A DNA stretch of 63,215 nt, filler included. It is 4 parts of 4 records of this genome, joined end to end, with 100 filler letters (N's around TTAATTAATTAA, not from the genome) between each part and the next. Parts side by side here need not be neighbours in the genome. Positions count along the whole stretch, not along the records: positions 24,040 to 47,786 come from SRR20825006_888; 3 more parts are not named here. One strand, written 5' to 3'. Numbering within the stretch: the first letter of the stretch is position 1; every line of letters begins with the position of its first letter. The notes under the pieces were generated by a model. The model was not told where the DNA came from and searched no databases. It was given only the letters and a program-made list of their open reading frames with translations. Shown here in pieces: positions 29,932-40,339 of this stretch. Both the position numbers and the translations under genes were made by a program.

Positions 29932-30267
29932 CTATTTCGCAGGCAAAGCCCCAACGAAGCGTGTGGCGAGGGCGATCCATTCGGCCAGATTTTGATCTGA
30001 GGCAATGGCTTCGCCGGACACGTTGACGAAGCCTTTCATCGGTTTGCCTGTGAAATCCATCAAATCTGCGCCGGGGCGGGCGAGCGCTTCGTCATAAAGG
30101 TCTGGCCCCACGCGCACCATTAAAGTGCCATCTTTATGCGGGCCGACCAGCATGTTGCCATTGAGCATGAAGGCGATGCCGCCAAACATCTTTTTCTCGG
30201 TCACGTTCGGATCATCGCCAATAATGTCGCGGATGCGGTTGGCGAGGGCTTCGCGTTCTTCGCTCAT
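29932..30267 (-). CDS. TfoX/Sxy N-terminal domain protein
   Basis: EKKMFGG and DFTGKPMKGFV motifs. Confidence 0.85.
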   Translation of the reverse strand: MSEEREALANRIRDIIGDDPNVTEKKMFGGIAFMLNGNMLVGPHKDGTLMVRVGPDLYDEALARPGADLMDFTGKPMKGFVNVSGEAIASDQNLAEWIALATRFVGALPAK

Positions 30268-30665
30268 GTCATGTGATCCGCGGTTTTTAGCTCTGGGTCC
30301 ATATAGTCCCAAGCGGGGCGCTCGGCTGTGTAGAGCGCGATTTGAGGTTTGAACCAATCTGAATTGTCGAACGCGCCCACGGCAACCCCCAGATTGTCTG
30401 GCAGTTTTGAGTTTTCTGAAAAGAGGCGGGAGCCACATTCTGGGCAGAAATGGCGGGTGCGGGTGGTGCCAGCATCTGACAGGGATTGGTGGGTTTTGGT
30501 TTCACCGTGAATTTCAACTTGCGCTTTTTTGTAAAAAGCTTGTGACAGGTGGCCGGTGCCAGAAATGCGGCGGCAGGCATTGCAGTGGCAAGATGCCATG
30601 CGCAGCGGCTCGCCGGTGACTTTGAAGGTGACTTGGCCGCAATGGCATTGTCCGGTCTGTTCCAT
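30264..30665 (-). CDS. GFA family protein
   Basis: GQCHCG, CHCNAC and RHFCPECGS motifs. Confidence 0.9.
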   Translation of the reverse strand: MEQTGQCHCGQVTFKVTGEPLRMASCHCNACRRISGTGHLSQAFYKKAQVEIHGETKTHQSLSDAGTTRTRHFCPECGSRLFSENSKLPDNLGVAVGAFDNSDWFKPQIALYTAERPAWDYMDPELKTADHMT

Positions 30666-30687
30666 GTTCATTCCCCCCTTAATGAAT

Positions 30688-31107
30688 TTAGCTGTCTCGA
30701 TAGGTGGTATATTGCGCCAGCCCATCGCTTGTATGATCCCACTCATATTTGGAGCGCGCGAAAATCATGGATTTAGGCGCGAACTGATTGGCCTGCTCTC
30801 CCAGCAGCCCTAACGGGATGAGCTGGTGGCCAGCAAGGCGCGATGAAATGCCGAACAATGGCGTGCCGCAATTCGGGCAGCGATGGCGGGCGATGGTGGC
30901 GCCGCTCTCTGCTTCCTTTGCGTAAAATACGCTGTCGCCAATAAAGGTGATTTGCGCATCGGCCCACATGCCCAAGGTTGAATGGTCGCTGCCTGTAGAT
31001 TTCTGGCAATCACGGCAGGCGCACAACATCACCGTTTTCGGCGGGCCTGATAAAACCAATTTTGCTTGACCGCACGCACATTCCGCGCGAATGTCTTTTG
31101 CTTCCAT
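30688..31107 (-). CDS. GFA family protein
   Basis: CACG, CACRDC and CPNCGT motifs. Confidence 0.87.
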   Translation of the reverse strand: MEAKDIRAECACGQAKLVLSGPPKTVMLCACRDCQKSTGSDHSTLGMWADAQITFIGDSVFYAKEAESGATIARHRCPNCGTPLFGISSRLAGHQLIPLGLLGEQANQFAPKSMIFARSKYEWDHTSDGLAQYTTYRDS

Positions 31108-31173
31108 TTAAATAGTTTGGCCCAGTTTCAGGGTTGAATCAATTCACGAAATTGCGAAACAACTCAATCTGAT

Positions 31174-31737
31174 ATGAAAATTTTTGATTTACCCTTGGAA
31201 ACAGATCGCTTGATTTTGCGCCGGGTGCGCCATGATGATTTTGATGAATTGTTTCCCATTCATTCTGATCCTGAAGTTTGCCGCTATTTGCCTTATGAGC
31301 CGCGCGATGAAGCTGCGATGAAGGAGGCGATTGAAAAACGTGTTGCCTTGGCGGAAATGACGCCGGGTGGTGAGCCTTTGTTTTTGGCGGTTGAGCTGAA
31401 AGAAACAGGCGAGGTGATCGGCGAGGTTTTGCTGTTCTATCACCATGAGGAATGGCGACAGGGCGAGCTTGGCTATGTGTTTTCGCCAAAGTTCCACGGC
31501 AAGGGATATGCTTATGAAGCGACCCGCGCCTTTATGGATGCGGCGTTTGATCAGTTCAATCTACACCGGATTAGCGCCCGCTGTTCGGCCGCCAACATTG
31601 CCTCTTGGCGCTTGATGGAAAAGCTGAAGATGCGTCGGGAAGGCGATTTCCGTGAGCATGAGATTTTCAAGGGCGAATGGGATCACATGTATATCTACGC
31701 CATTTTAGAGGATGAATGGCGCGCGCATAGGTCTTGA
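31174..31737 (+). CDS. GNAT N-acetyltransferase, RimJ/RimL type
   Basis: LETDRLILR, ELGY, FHGKGYAYEA and NIASWRLMEKL motifs. Confidence 0.9.
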   Translation: MKIFDLPLETDRLILRRVRHDDFDELFPIHSDPEVCRYLPYEPRDEAAMKEAIEKRVALAEMTPGGEPLFLAVELKETGEVIGEVLLFYHHEEWRQGELGYVFSPKFHGKGYAYEATRAFMDAAFDQFNLHRISARCSAANIASWRLMEKLKMRREGDFREHEIFKGEWDHMYIYAILEDEWRAHRS

Positions 31738-32254
31738 TTTTTCGCTATGGTGGCCAGATGTCTGACACAGTCAAAATTACAGAAATTCGATCGGAACAGA
31801 TCGATATTGAACTTGCAAAAGCAATTACGCATTTGACTTCCATATTGCGTGAAGTTGAGACTTTGGTGACTGCAGCTGATTTGCATAAAATCGTCACGTC
31901 TCATCGGTTATTTGTTGCGATAGGTTCTGACGAATTGAATAACATTGTGGGCATGGCATGCTTAATACAAATGGTATTGCCACAGGGGAAACGATTTTTA
32001 ATCGAAAGTGTCGTGGTGCTTCCAAATCATCGTGGGCAGGGTGTTGGGCAATTACTTATCCAACATATTGTTAAAGAAGCAAAACTAATGGGCGCAAATC
32101 AAGTCCGGCTTACATGCAATACACGCAGAAATGATGCTAGACGGATGTACGACAATCTCGGATTTCGTAAGGTTTCAACTGATGTTATGAGCTTTGAAGT
32201 CTAAGCTGTTGGAACGATGAGAAATGCAATTTAATCGATAGACTTGATTTTTCG
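31733..32254. repeat. Direct repeat CTTGATTTTTCG flanking the AT-rich GNAT gene
   Basis: Identical 12-mer at 31733-31744 and 32243-32254, extending imperfectly on both sides. Confidence 0.6.
31758..32204 (+). CDS. GNAT N-acetyltransferase
   Basis: IESVVVLPNHRGQGVG motif A and ARRMYDNLGF; AT-richer than its neighbours. Confidence 0.85.
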   Translation: MSDTVKITEIRSEQIDIELAKAITHLTSILREVETLVTAADLHKIVTSHRLFVAIGSDELNNIVGMACLIQMVLPQGKRFLIESVVVLPNHRGQGVGQLLIQHIVKEAKLMGANQVRLTCNTRRNDARRMYDNLGFRKVSTDVMSFEV

Positions 32255-32300
32255 TTCTGGTCTGCCCTATGTGTCTGCGACTTATTTAAAGGAATGGACC

Positions 32301-33113
32301 ATGGCAGGTACGGATAGTTCGAAACAAATCGAGCTGAAGCCCACCCCGGCAGTGATTTTGTGTGAACCGCAATTGGGCGAGAATATTGGCACGGCGGCCC
32401 GCGCTATGGCCAATTTCGGCTTGTGGGATTTGCGCATTGTGAACCCGCGCGATGGCTGGCCGAGCGAACGGGCGCGTGGTGCGGCTTCAAAAGCGGACCA
32501 TGTGATTGACCGGGTGCAGGTGTTTGACCGGGTGGAAGATGCCATTTCTGACCTCAGCCTTGTTTATGCCACCACGGCGCGTTCTCGCGACATGTTTAAG
32601 CCAGTTATTGGCCCGGATGAAGCGGCGAACCATATGGTGCCGCATATCGCATCTGGTCAAAAAGCGGGCATTTTATTTGGTCGTGAACGTTGGGGCCTAA
32701 ACAATGAAGAAGTTGCCCTGTGTGACTCGATTGTGACTCTGCCCGTTGAACCCGCTTTTGCCTCGCTCAACATTGCCCAAGCTGTGCTGGTGTTGGCCTA
32801 TGAGTGGCGGCGCGCATTGAACGGGGCAGAGGATTTGCCGTTTACAGGCGATGTGGGCGAAGCTGCACCGCGCGAACAGTTGGTTGGGCTTTACGAGCAT
32901 TTGGAAGAGGCGTTGGATCGGTCCAACTATTTTAAGGTGGCCGACAAGCGCCCTTCAATGGTGAACAATATTCGTTCCATGTTGGGTCGGGCGAAATTTA
33001 ATGTGCAGGAAGTGCGCACATTCCGGGGCATTATTGCGGCGCTGGATCGGCGACATGAACGCCCGAATTTACACCGCGAACAGCAAAAACAACAAAAAAA
33101 GGACGCCGAATAG
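32301..33113 (+). CDS. trmJ: SPOUT RNA methyltransferase, TrmJ/LasT family
   Basis: PQLGENIGTAARAMANFG, FGRERWGL and SLNIAQAV motifs. Confidence 0.85.
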   Translation: MAGTDSSKQIELKPTPAVILCEPQLGENIGTAARAMANFGLWDLRIVNPRDGWPSERARGAASKADHVIDRVQVFDRVEDAISDLSLVYATTARSRDMFKPVIGPDEAANHMVPHIASGQKAGILFGRERWGLNNEEVALCDSIVTLPVEPAFASLNIAQAVLVLAYEWRRALNGAEDLPFTGDVGEAAPREQLVGLYEHLEEALDRSNYFKVADKRPSMVNNIRSMLGRAKFNVQEVRTFRGIIAALDRRHERPNLHREQQKQQKKDAE

Positions 33114-33128
33114 GCGTCCTTTTCTTTT
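33094..33128. terminator. Bidirectional intrinsic terminator
   Basis: AAAAGGACGCC / GGCGTCCTTTT between convergent genes. Confidence 0.8.
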
Positions 33129-33145
33129 AGATGTCGGTGGCTTGA

Positions 33146-34033
33146 TTAAGCTTCAATCAAGCGACGACGATATTCACTTGCGGCGTAAACAAAACCTGCT
33201 GTGATCACCAAACCAAGGAACAGGTGTGGCCAGTTCAATTGGTTCAGCATGGCGAATACAAAGCTTGCACCATTGAAGCTTTCTTGGGTCGCGATGTCTT
33301 CCAGCAATGCTTCGTTGGCGAACATATTTTCAATGCGATAGGCAATGAAGTTGCCGATGTGGCTTTGGAAGTTTTCTTCGCCGATGCGGAAGATGCGTTC
33401 AGCCAAGATCAACAAGCCAGGCACCACGAAAGCCAATGGAATGCTCCAACGCTTAAACACTGTTGAGAGCATGGCCACCCAAGCAAAGAATGGGGCGTAC
33501 CACAAAAGCGATAGGAAGATGAAAATCGCTGCTGAAATGCTCATCTGGAAATAGCTGTTCAAAAAGCTGAGTGGATCAGCTGTGTTGACGCCCGGCACAA
33601 AGCCCGCAATCCAGATTGAGAACAAATATGCCATGACACCCGCAATCAAAATCCATGCGCCAATGGCCATAGGGAAGATGGTGCCGCCAGCCAGAACCTT
33701 CGAACCAAGAATTTTTAGGTCTGATTGTGGCATGCTTTTCCAAAATAGCAGGCCATTGTTCTTCCGGTCAGCGCTGAATGAATCTGCGTAATAGAAGAAT
33801 AGAGCGATCATCAAATAGATGGTCCAAAGCACGATAGACACAGCATAAAATGCGGTGAACAGGGTGGCCTTAGAATCCATGATTGTGAATTCGGCTTGAA
33901 TATCGCTACGGCCCAAAACAATGGCAGAAGCGAAAACAAAGATGACCAATAGGGTGATGACCGCTGGTGCGATGAGAAATGCCCCGCGATGTTCTAAAAA
34001 TTCCCGTTTAACGAGCGCAATATAGGGTCTCAT
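33146..34033 (-). CDS. ABC-2 type permease
   Basis: LVKREFLEHR, DRKNNGLLFWKSMP, multiple TM segments. Confidence 0.82.
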   Translation of the reverse strand: MRPYIALVKREFLEHRGAFLIAPAVITLLVIFVFASAIVLGRSDIQAEFTIMDSKATLFTAFYAVSIVLWTIYLMIALFFYYADSFSADRKNNGLLFWKSMPQSDLKILGSKVLAGGTIFPMAIGAWILIAGVMAYLFSIWIAGFVPGVNTADPLSFLNSYFQMSISAAIFIFLSLLWYAPFFAWVAMLSTVFKRWSIPLAFVVPGLLILAERIFRIGEENFQSHIGNFIAYRIENMFANEALLEDIATQESFNGASFVFAMLNQLNWPHLFLGLVITAGFVYAASEYRRRLIEA

Positions 34034-34917
34034 ATGATTTCTCCATGACGGGTATCTTCACGCTGCATCAGCGCAACAAATAAATCTGAAATGGTTGGGG
34101 TGCTGACCTTGCCATATGGCGCCAACTGATCGGCTGCAACGCCGTCAAACACCATGATGGTTTGGCCGAATTTTTGCTCGACATAAATCGGCTTCAGCGC
34201 GTTGAGCGCCTCTACGTCTTTCTCATCGGTCACCAATTGGCGGTAACGCTCGCTCATGTCTTCCATCGGACAATCAAGAACAATCTGACCATCTTTGATG
34301 AACATGATGTCGGAGAGCATAAATTCGATTTCGTCCACCTGGTGGGTGGTGATCAACAATGTGCGCTCTTCATGCATGTAATCTTCTAACAAGCGTTTAT
34401 AGAAACGCTTGCGGTAGGTGATGTCCAAGCCAAGCGTTGGCTCGTCCAAAACTAAAAGCGAAGCATCGATCGCCATGACGACAGCAAGGTGCAGCTGAGC
34501 GACCATACCTTTTGATAAAGCCTTGATCTTTGCATTAGCGCGGATGTCTGTGCCCTCAAGAAATCCATTTGCCTTCTCCCTGGAAAAGTTGGGGTGAATA
34601 TCTTCAATCAAATCAAACAGTTCGCGCACTTTTAGAAAGCGTGGCAAGCTGGCCACATCTGAGATGAACGCAATGTCGTTCATCAATTCTGCGCGGTGTT
34701 GATATGGGTTTTTGCCCAAAACGCTGATGTCGCCTTCACAGTCGGTCAGGCCCAAAATCGCGTTAAGTGTTGTTGTTTTGCCGGCACCATTGTGCCCCAC
34801 TAGGCCCACAATGCGGCCCTTTGGAATGGTGAAGTTCAGTCCGTGCAATATTTCTTTTTTGTTGAAGCTCTTGCGCAAATTGCGGGCTTCAATAAGGGGC
34901 TTAGCAATCTCGTTCAT
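34030..34917 (-). CDS. ABC transporter ATPase (YtrB-like)
   Basis: GHNGAGKT, LSKGM and LDEPTLGLD motifs. Confidence 0.9.
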   Translation of the reverse strand: MNEIAKPLIEARNLRKSFNKKEILHGLNFTIPKGRIVGLVGHNGAGKTTTLNAILGLTDCEGDISVLGKNPYQHRAELMNDIAFISDVASLPRFLKVRELFDLIEDIHPNFSREKANGFLEGTDIRANAKIKALSKGMVAQLHLAVVMAIDASLLVLDEPTLGLDITYRKRFYKRLLEDYMHEERTLLITTHQVDEIEFMLSDIMFIKDGQIVLDCPMEDMSERYRQLVTDEKDVEALNALKPIYVEQKFGQTIMVFDGVAADQLAPYGKVSTPTISDLFVALMQREDTRHGEII

Positions 34918-34926
34918 AACTTGCCT

Positions 34927-35280
34927 CTATTGATCAGCGTGGCGCATCAGTTCCTCGAAATCGAGGTCCAATGCTTTGATTTGTTTCACAATGCGCGGCC
35001 ATTCATTTTTCAAAAATGCCTCGCGTTCATGCGCCAAAAGCTCCTTGCGCGCGCCTTCAGCAACAAACATGCCCAAGCCTCTTCTTTTTTCGATAACGCC
35101 CAAATCAACAAGAGATTGGTAGGCTTTGGTGACCGTGAGCGGGTTGACCGACAAGTCTGTCGCAATCTGCCGCACAGAGGGTAGCGCTTCGCCTTCTTTA
35201 ACCGACGCCGTTAAAATCATGTCGGTTAGTCGTTCTCTGATTTGAACAAATATCGGCTGTGTTTCATTCCAATTGTTCAT
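34927..35280 (-). CDS. GntR family regulator, YtrA subfamily
   Basis: PIFVQI, LPSVRQIA, VNPLTV and RRGLGMFV; short C-terminus; heads an ABC operon. Confidence 0.9.
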   Translation of the reverse strand: MNNWNETQPIFVQIRERLTDMILTASVKEGEALPSVRQIATDLSVNPLTVTKAYQSLVDLGVIEKRRGLGMFVAEGARKELLAHEREAFLKNEWPRIVKQIKALDLDFEELMRHADQ

Positions 35281-35295
35281 TGTGTCTCACTCATC

Positions 35296-35321
35296 TAGTG
35301 TATTAGATTTGTAACACACTA
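35296..35321. promoter_or_regulatory. YtrA-type operator
   Basis: TAGTGT-N14-ACACTA inverted repeat 15 bp upstream of the regulator start. Confidence 0.65.
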
Positions 35322-35609
35322 CATGGGTAATGCAAGCGCTTTTTGAAGGGGCAGGCGAAAAAAGATTGATATTATCGCCTAAAGCCCAGAATTCGGCGGG
35401 TTTTGCGGTTGACTTTTTTCAAGCTCTGATCTACTTCAGCGCGATCAATTGGTTGTTTCAATCAATTGTGCACCCGGGATCTTCGGTTTTCATGCGCGGT
35501 TCATCCGCAGCAAGCGTGTTTTTCGCAAGGTCTGTCGGTTTCGACTCTATTTATAGAGGCGAAGCAGAGGAGGGCGCAGTCATTCAAAACGATTATAGAA
35601 GGACGAGCG

Positions 35610-36227
35610 ATGTCTAAACGCCATTCTGAGAAATATAAAATTGACCGCCGCTTGGGCGAAAATATCTGGGGCCGTCCAAAAAGCCCTGTAAACCGTCGTG
35701 AATATGGCCCTGGCCAGCACGGTCAGCGTCGTCGCGGCAAGCTTTCTGACTTTGGTTTGCAGTTGCGCGCCAAACAGAAGCTTAAAGGCTACTACGGTAA
35801 CCTGACTGAGAAATCATTTAAGCGCGTATATAACGAAGCGACACGTTTGAAAGGTGACACCGGTGAATTGTTGATCGGTTTGCTTGAGCAACGTTTGGAC
35901 GCTGTTGTTTACCGCGCCAAGTTCGTGCCAACCGTTTTTGCGGCACGTCAGTTCGTAAACCACGGCCATGTGTTGGTGAACGGCCAGCGCGTGAACATTC
36001 CATCATACCGCTTGAAAGTTGGCGATGTGGTTGAAATCCGCGAAAAATCAAAGCAGTTGGCTATTGTTTTGGAAGCAACACAATTGGCTGAGCGCGATGT
36101 GCCAGACTATGTGGACGCTGACCACTCAAAGATGACAGCATCTTTGACACGTGTACCAACATTGTCAGACGTGCCATATCCGGTTCAAATGGAACCAAAC
36201 TTGGTTGTTGAATTTTACTCTCGTTAA
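35610..36227 (+). CDS. rpsD: 30S ribosomal protein S4
   Basis: [27 protein letters not shown] and ARQFVNHGH motifs. Confidence 0.97.
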   Translation: MSKRHSEKYKIDRRLGENIWGRPKSPVNRREYGPGQHGQRRRGKLSDFGLQLRAKQKLKGYYGNLTEKSFKRVYNEATRLKGDTGELLIGLLEQRLDAVVYRAKFVPTVFAARQFVNHGHVLVNGQRVNIPSYRLKVGDVVEIREKSKQLAIVLEATQLAERDVPDYVDADHSKMTASLTRVPTLSDVPYPVQMEPNLVVEFYSR

Positions 36228-36246
36228 GTCGAGACGAAAATCAAAG

Positions 36247-36276
36247 AAAAGGCCGCCCATTTGGGCGGCCTTTTTT
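36247..36276. terminator. Intrinsic terminator after rpsD (bidirectional)
   Basis: AAAAGGCCGCCCA / TGGGCGGCCTTTT followed by TT. Confidence 0.85.
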
Positions 36277-36296
36277 GTTTGGGGTGTAAGCTGGTT

Positions 36297-37520
36297 TTAT
36301 GCTGTTTGCGGAACCGCATCATCGCTATTCGGAATCTCTGCTTCAAAAGCCCGAAGGCGCTTGTAGACGGACATCAGTTTGATAATCGCCGGCCATGAAT
36401 CTACAAGATATTGCAATGAACCTTCCACCCGACCGAACGCGTTCGCGACTTGCTGGAAAATACCGAACGTGATCGCACCCGAAATGATTGACGGGCCAAG
36501 TGCGATAAGTGGCACAAAATTGGACGTCTGGTTATAGGCGTTGCGAACCAAATTGAAGTACATATAATGGAAGTACAAACGAAAATAGTTCTTTTGCACA
36601 TCTTCAAATAGTGCCTCAATTGTTTGGGGTTGTGCTCTTTCTTCGTGATCTTCAGCATAAACCAGTTCCTTACGATAGGCGGCTTCCACTTTTTGGTTGT
36701 TGAACTCCAGCCCTGGCAATTTGATCCCCACTGCTGCCAGCACAACGGTGCCAAAGGATGCGGACAAAAGAGCCACCCAGATCAGCGAACCTGGGATTTC
36801 GCCCACCAAAGGTAGTTCGGTAATTTGTTGGGACAGGCCCCAAAGGATAGGAAGAAACACCGCAAGTGTCATCAGCGCATAGATCAAATTGACCCCTAGG
36901 GTTTCTAACCCATCCGCAAACCTCATTGCATCTTCCTGCACCCTTTGTGACGCGCCTTCAATGTGCCGGAGTGCGGGCCAGTGGTTCATGTAATAAAAAT
37001 TCATCGCTTTTCGCCAGCGAAACACATAGTGGCTTGTATAAAAGCTTAGGGCGATGATGAGCAGAACATTCGGTGCCGCGACAACAAAGATATATGACAA
37101 ATCGCCCCAAAATTGGCCCGCTTCGATGCTTCCGGGATTTGCTAGTGCCATTTGTATGAGATTATAAAAGTCGCCGTACCAAGCGTTTAGCCACGCTTGA
37201 ACCTGCACATTTATAAACAACATCAGGACTATTGTGACGGAACCAACTACCGACCACCAATAATATCTATGGCGCTGGATGAAATACCATGGCACGCAGA
37301 AGAGGTATGCCGTCATGAAGATATATTGATAAAGCCAAACCTTCTGATTGGTCAGAAATGGCGTTGGATCATCGCCCGGATTTGGGGTGAGGATGGGGTC
37401 CAAGCTGATGACGCTTTGGAGTGCGGGGCCGATGGTGAACCAAATCAAAAAGCACAGTGCAGCCCACACTGCGGCGCTGCCGAAGAACAATTTTGGCGCG
37501 GGAAAGAAAGATCGAAACAT
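36297..37520 (-). CDS. sbmA: SbmA/BacA peptide transporter
   Basis: MFRSFFP, IEGASQRVQED and LEFNNQKVEAAYRKELVY motifs. Confidence 0.9.
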   Translation of the reverse strand: MFRSFFPAPKLFFGSAAVWAALCFLIWFTIGPALQSVISLDPILTPNPGDDPTPFLTNQKVWLYQYIFMTAYLFCVPWYFIQRHRYYWWSVVGSVTIVLMLFINVQVQAWLNAWYGDFYNLIQMALANPGSIEAGQFWGDLSYIFVVAAPNVLLIIALSFYTSHYVFRWRKAMNFYYMNHWPALRHIEGASQRVQEDAMRFADGLETLGVNLIYALMTLAVFLPILWGLSQQITELPLVGEIPGSLIWVALLSASFGTVVLAAVGIKLPGLEFNNQKVEAAYRKELVYAEDHEERAQPQTIEALFEDVQKNYFRLYFHYMYFNLVRNAYNQTSNFVPLIALGPSIISGAITFGIFQQVANAFGRVEGSLQYLVDSWPAIIKLMSVYKRLRAFEAEIPNSDDAVPQTA

Positions 37521-37715
37521 AAAACACCTCCCAATGTTTGCATATAATTAGATTCAAACATGTGAAGTGCTGCAATTGATTTTGTGCGATATCACGAATT
37601 TATTAACTGCATTTATGATAGATTTGACCGATTGGTGTATAATTAACCGCTTATTTTTTGTTTTTTGCCACTATGGCGATGTTAAAATATTTAGCCTAGA
37701 GATGGGTGCAACACG

Positions 37716-38105
37716 ATGCGTGTCAAATTTGATGACTTGCTGGAAAGACTTCCCGGGCCGGCCACGCGCAAGTGGCCGAACGGTGTTTGGTTTGCGCCCG
37801 CATTTTCGCCTGACACGCTTTCAGTGCAGCTTTATACCCCAAAAACAGGTACATATCCCGCTCCACCGGGCGTGAATATCATCTATATGGGCATACGTGG
37901 CCGTGCAGATATTTCCATCGCCGGGCAGCGCCATGAGGTGCAAATTGGCGATATTGTGCCAATTGAAGCCGATGTGCCGCATGAGTTTGTGAGCTTTACC
38001 AGCGATTTTGCGGTGTATGTGGTGTTTTGGCGGTCAATGGCGCAGATTAAAGAGCGTGAAAAGCTGAAGGTGGAAGCGCAGCGCAAAGCGCAGGAAAACG
38101 CGTAA
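37716..38105 (+). CDS. Cupin-domain protein
   Basis: [20 protein letters not shown] and FAVYVVFW cupin pattern. Confidence 0.7.
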   Translation: MRVKFDDLLERLPGPATRKWPNGVWFAPAFSPDTLSVQLYTPKTGTYPAPPGVNIIYMGIRGRADISIAGQRHEVQIGDIVPIEADVPHEFVSFTSDFAVYVVFWRSMAQIKEREKLKVEAQRKAQENA

Positions 38106-38134
38106 ATTACTTTATTGTTGCGGTGAAAAAAGCT

Positions 38135-38977
38135 ATGTCGGGGCAACGCGAACCAGTGAGCGCACCGATGGATCAAGCCACCACACCCATTCAAAATCTA
38201 TTTGCGGATATGCCGAAATCTGTTGAGTTTGGCAAATTGCGCAAGCGTTTGTTGCGCCAGGTGGAGACGGCGCTCAACACCTATCATATGCATGAGGTGG
38301 GTGGTCGTTGGTTGGTGGCACTGTCGGGCGGTAAAGATTCCTATGGATTGTTGGCGATTTTACTGGAATTGCAAGCGCGTGGGGTGCTGAAGCAGGACAT
38401 TTTGGCCTGCAACTTGGACCAAGGGCAACCGAACTTTCCGAAAGAGATCTTGCCAAACTATCTGGAAAGCCTCGGTGTGGCGCACCGTATTGAATATCGC
38501 GACACTTATTCAGTGGTGACGGACAAGGTGCCAGAGGGCAATACATATTGTGCGCTTTGCTCGCGTTTGCGCCGTGGGCACCTTTATCGTATTGCGCGGG
38601 AAGAGGGATGCTCAGCCGTGGTGTTGGGGCACCATCGTGATGATGTGCTGGAAACTTTTTTGCTCAATATGTTTTTTGGCGGGAAAATGGCGACCATGCC
38701 GCCGAAACTCATCAATGATGAGGGGGATTTGGCGGTGCTGCGGCCATTATCGCTTTGCGAAGAGCAGGATTTGCAAAAATTTGCTGACGGTATGCAATTT
38801 CCCATTATTCCTTGCGATCTGTGTGGTTCGCAGGATGGGTTGCAGCGGCAAATGATGAAGCAGATGCTTGCGGATATGGAGCGCAAGTCACCCGGGCGGA
38901 AGGACCGCATGTTTGCGGCCCTACAGAATGTGAATGCCAGCCATTTGCTGGATCCAAAGCTTTTCGATTTTTCCTAA
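38135..38977 (+). CDS. ttcA: tRNA 2-thiocytidine(32) synthetase
   Basis: SGGKDS PP-loop, [16 protein letters not shown] and IPCDLCGSQ; start may be 38168. Confidence 0.93.
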   Translation: MSGQREPVSAPMDQATTPIQNLFADMPKSVEFGKLRKRLLRQVETALNTYHMHEVGGRWLVALSGGKDSYGLLAILLELQARGVLKQDILACNLDQGQPNFPKEILPNYLESLGVAHRIEYRDTYSVVTDKVPEGNTYCALCSRLRRGHLYRIAREEGCSAVVLGHHRDDVLETFLLNMFFGGKMATMPPKLINDEGDLAVLRPLSLCEEQDLQKFADGMQFPIIPCDLCGSQDGLQRQMMKQMLADMERKSPGRKDRMFAALQNVNASHLLDPKLFDFS

Positions 38978-38991
38978 CGCGAACGCGCAGT

Positions 38992-40233
38992 TTATTGGCC
39001 TGGAGCAATAACGGCGAAATGTGCTGCGCGCTTTTCTCTAATGGGTAAGTGCAATGCGGCAGACAGCAAGCCGATCATCATGCCCAAATACCAAACCAGA
39101 TCATAATTGCCAGTTAGGTCGAAGCTAACGCCGCCCAGCCAAACGCCAAAGAATGAGCCAATTTGGTGGGACAAGAAGGCGAAGCCATACAGCATGCCCA
39201 TATATTTCGGGCCGAAGAAGTTGGTGACCAAAGCAGCAGTAGGCGGCACAGTGGCCAACCACAGCAGGCCTGTGATTGCGGCGAAAATGTAGGTGGTCCA
39301 TTCTGAAATGGGTAACAGCAGGAATAAGCCTGTGATCACCACGCGGCTGAGATAAATGCTGGCCAGTAGAAATTGCTTGGGCAAACGGCCAGCCAGATAG
39401 CCAGCGGCCAATGAACCAATAATGTTGAACAGGCCGATCAAAGCCAATGCCCAACTGCCAACGGTGGGGCTGAGGCCACATTGCACGAGATAGGCAGGCA
39501 TGTGCACGGTGACGAACGCCAAATGGAAGCCGCAAACGAAGAAACCAGCCACCAGCAACACATATGAGCGATATTTGAACGCTTCACGCAGTGTTTCAAA
39601 CAGCGGCATATCGCGCCCATCATCGTCCTGATGTTCGGTTTTACCACGCAGGAAGAAAGAGAGCGGGATGATGGCCAACAAGGTGATCGCGAAGATCAGC
39701 AGTGCATTTTGCCAGCCAAAACCATTGATCAATTGTTGGCCAATGGGGGCAAATACAAACTGACCAGCGGAGGAGGCCGCAGTGGCGATGCCGAAGACAA
39801 AGCTGCGCTTTTCTGCCGGAACGGCGCGACCGAAGGCAGCCATCACTACGGCAAATGACGCAATGCCGATGCCTAGACCCATCAATAGACCTGCGCCGAG
39901 GAACAAGGTGAGCTCTGTGCCGCCATAGGCCAGTAGCAGCACGCCTGCGGCGTAGATCACGGTGCCGATGCACAATGTTTTGGCGGTGCCGTGCCGATCA
40001 GCAAAGCCGCCAGCGACAGGTTGGATTAGACCCCAGACCAAATTTTGCAACGCAAAGGCAAGGCCCCAAGTTTCGCGCGACCAGCCAAACTCTGACGTGA
40101 GCGGCAGGGTGAATAGCCCTGCCGTGGAGCGCACGCCAAAAGACATCATGGCGATAAGACAACCCGCCACAATGATGATTGCCAGTGGTGTGCGCATTGG
40201 GGTGGCATTGTGTGAAGCGGCAGTGCTGGTCAT
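38992..40233 (-). CDS. MFS transporter
   Basis: About 12 TM segments; GFFVCGFH and FLSHQIGSF motifs. Confidence 0.88.
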   Translation of the reverse strand: MTSTAASHNATPMRTPLAIIIVAGCLIAMMSFGVRSTAGLFTLPLTSEFGWSRETWGLAFALQNLVWGLIQPVAGGFADRHGTAKTLCIGTVIYAAGVLLLAYGGTELTLFLGAGLLMGLGIGIASFAVVMAAFGRAVPAEKRSFVFGIATAASSAGQFVFAPIGQQLINGFGWQNALLIFAITLLAIIPLSFFLRGKTEHQDDDGRDMPLFETLREAFKYRSYVLLVAGFFVCGFHLAFVTVHMPAYLVQCGLSPTVGSWALALIGLFNIIGSLAAGYLAGRLPKQFLLASIYLSRVVITGLFLLLPISEWTTYIFAAITGLLWLATVPPTAALVTNFFGPKYMGMLYGFAFLSHQIGSFFGVWLGGVSFDLTGNYDLVWYLGMMIGLLSAALHLPIREKRAAHFAVIAPGQ

Positions 40234-40339
40234 GGGTCTCTCGCAAGAAATTTGAGCACACAATGTGCGCGTATGTTTGAAAATGGGCAAATCAAAAATT
40301 TTGATTGCCCAGAGTCTCGCATCATAAAACTGATGGCGA

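Noticed and set aside
35330..35609. Long rpsD leader with a small hairpin (about 35540-35563) as an ncRNA or autoregulatory element
   Set aside because: One short imperfect stem is not enough without covariation data
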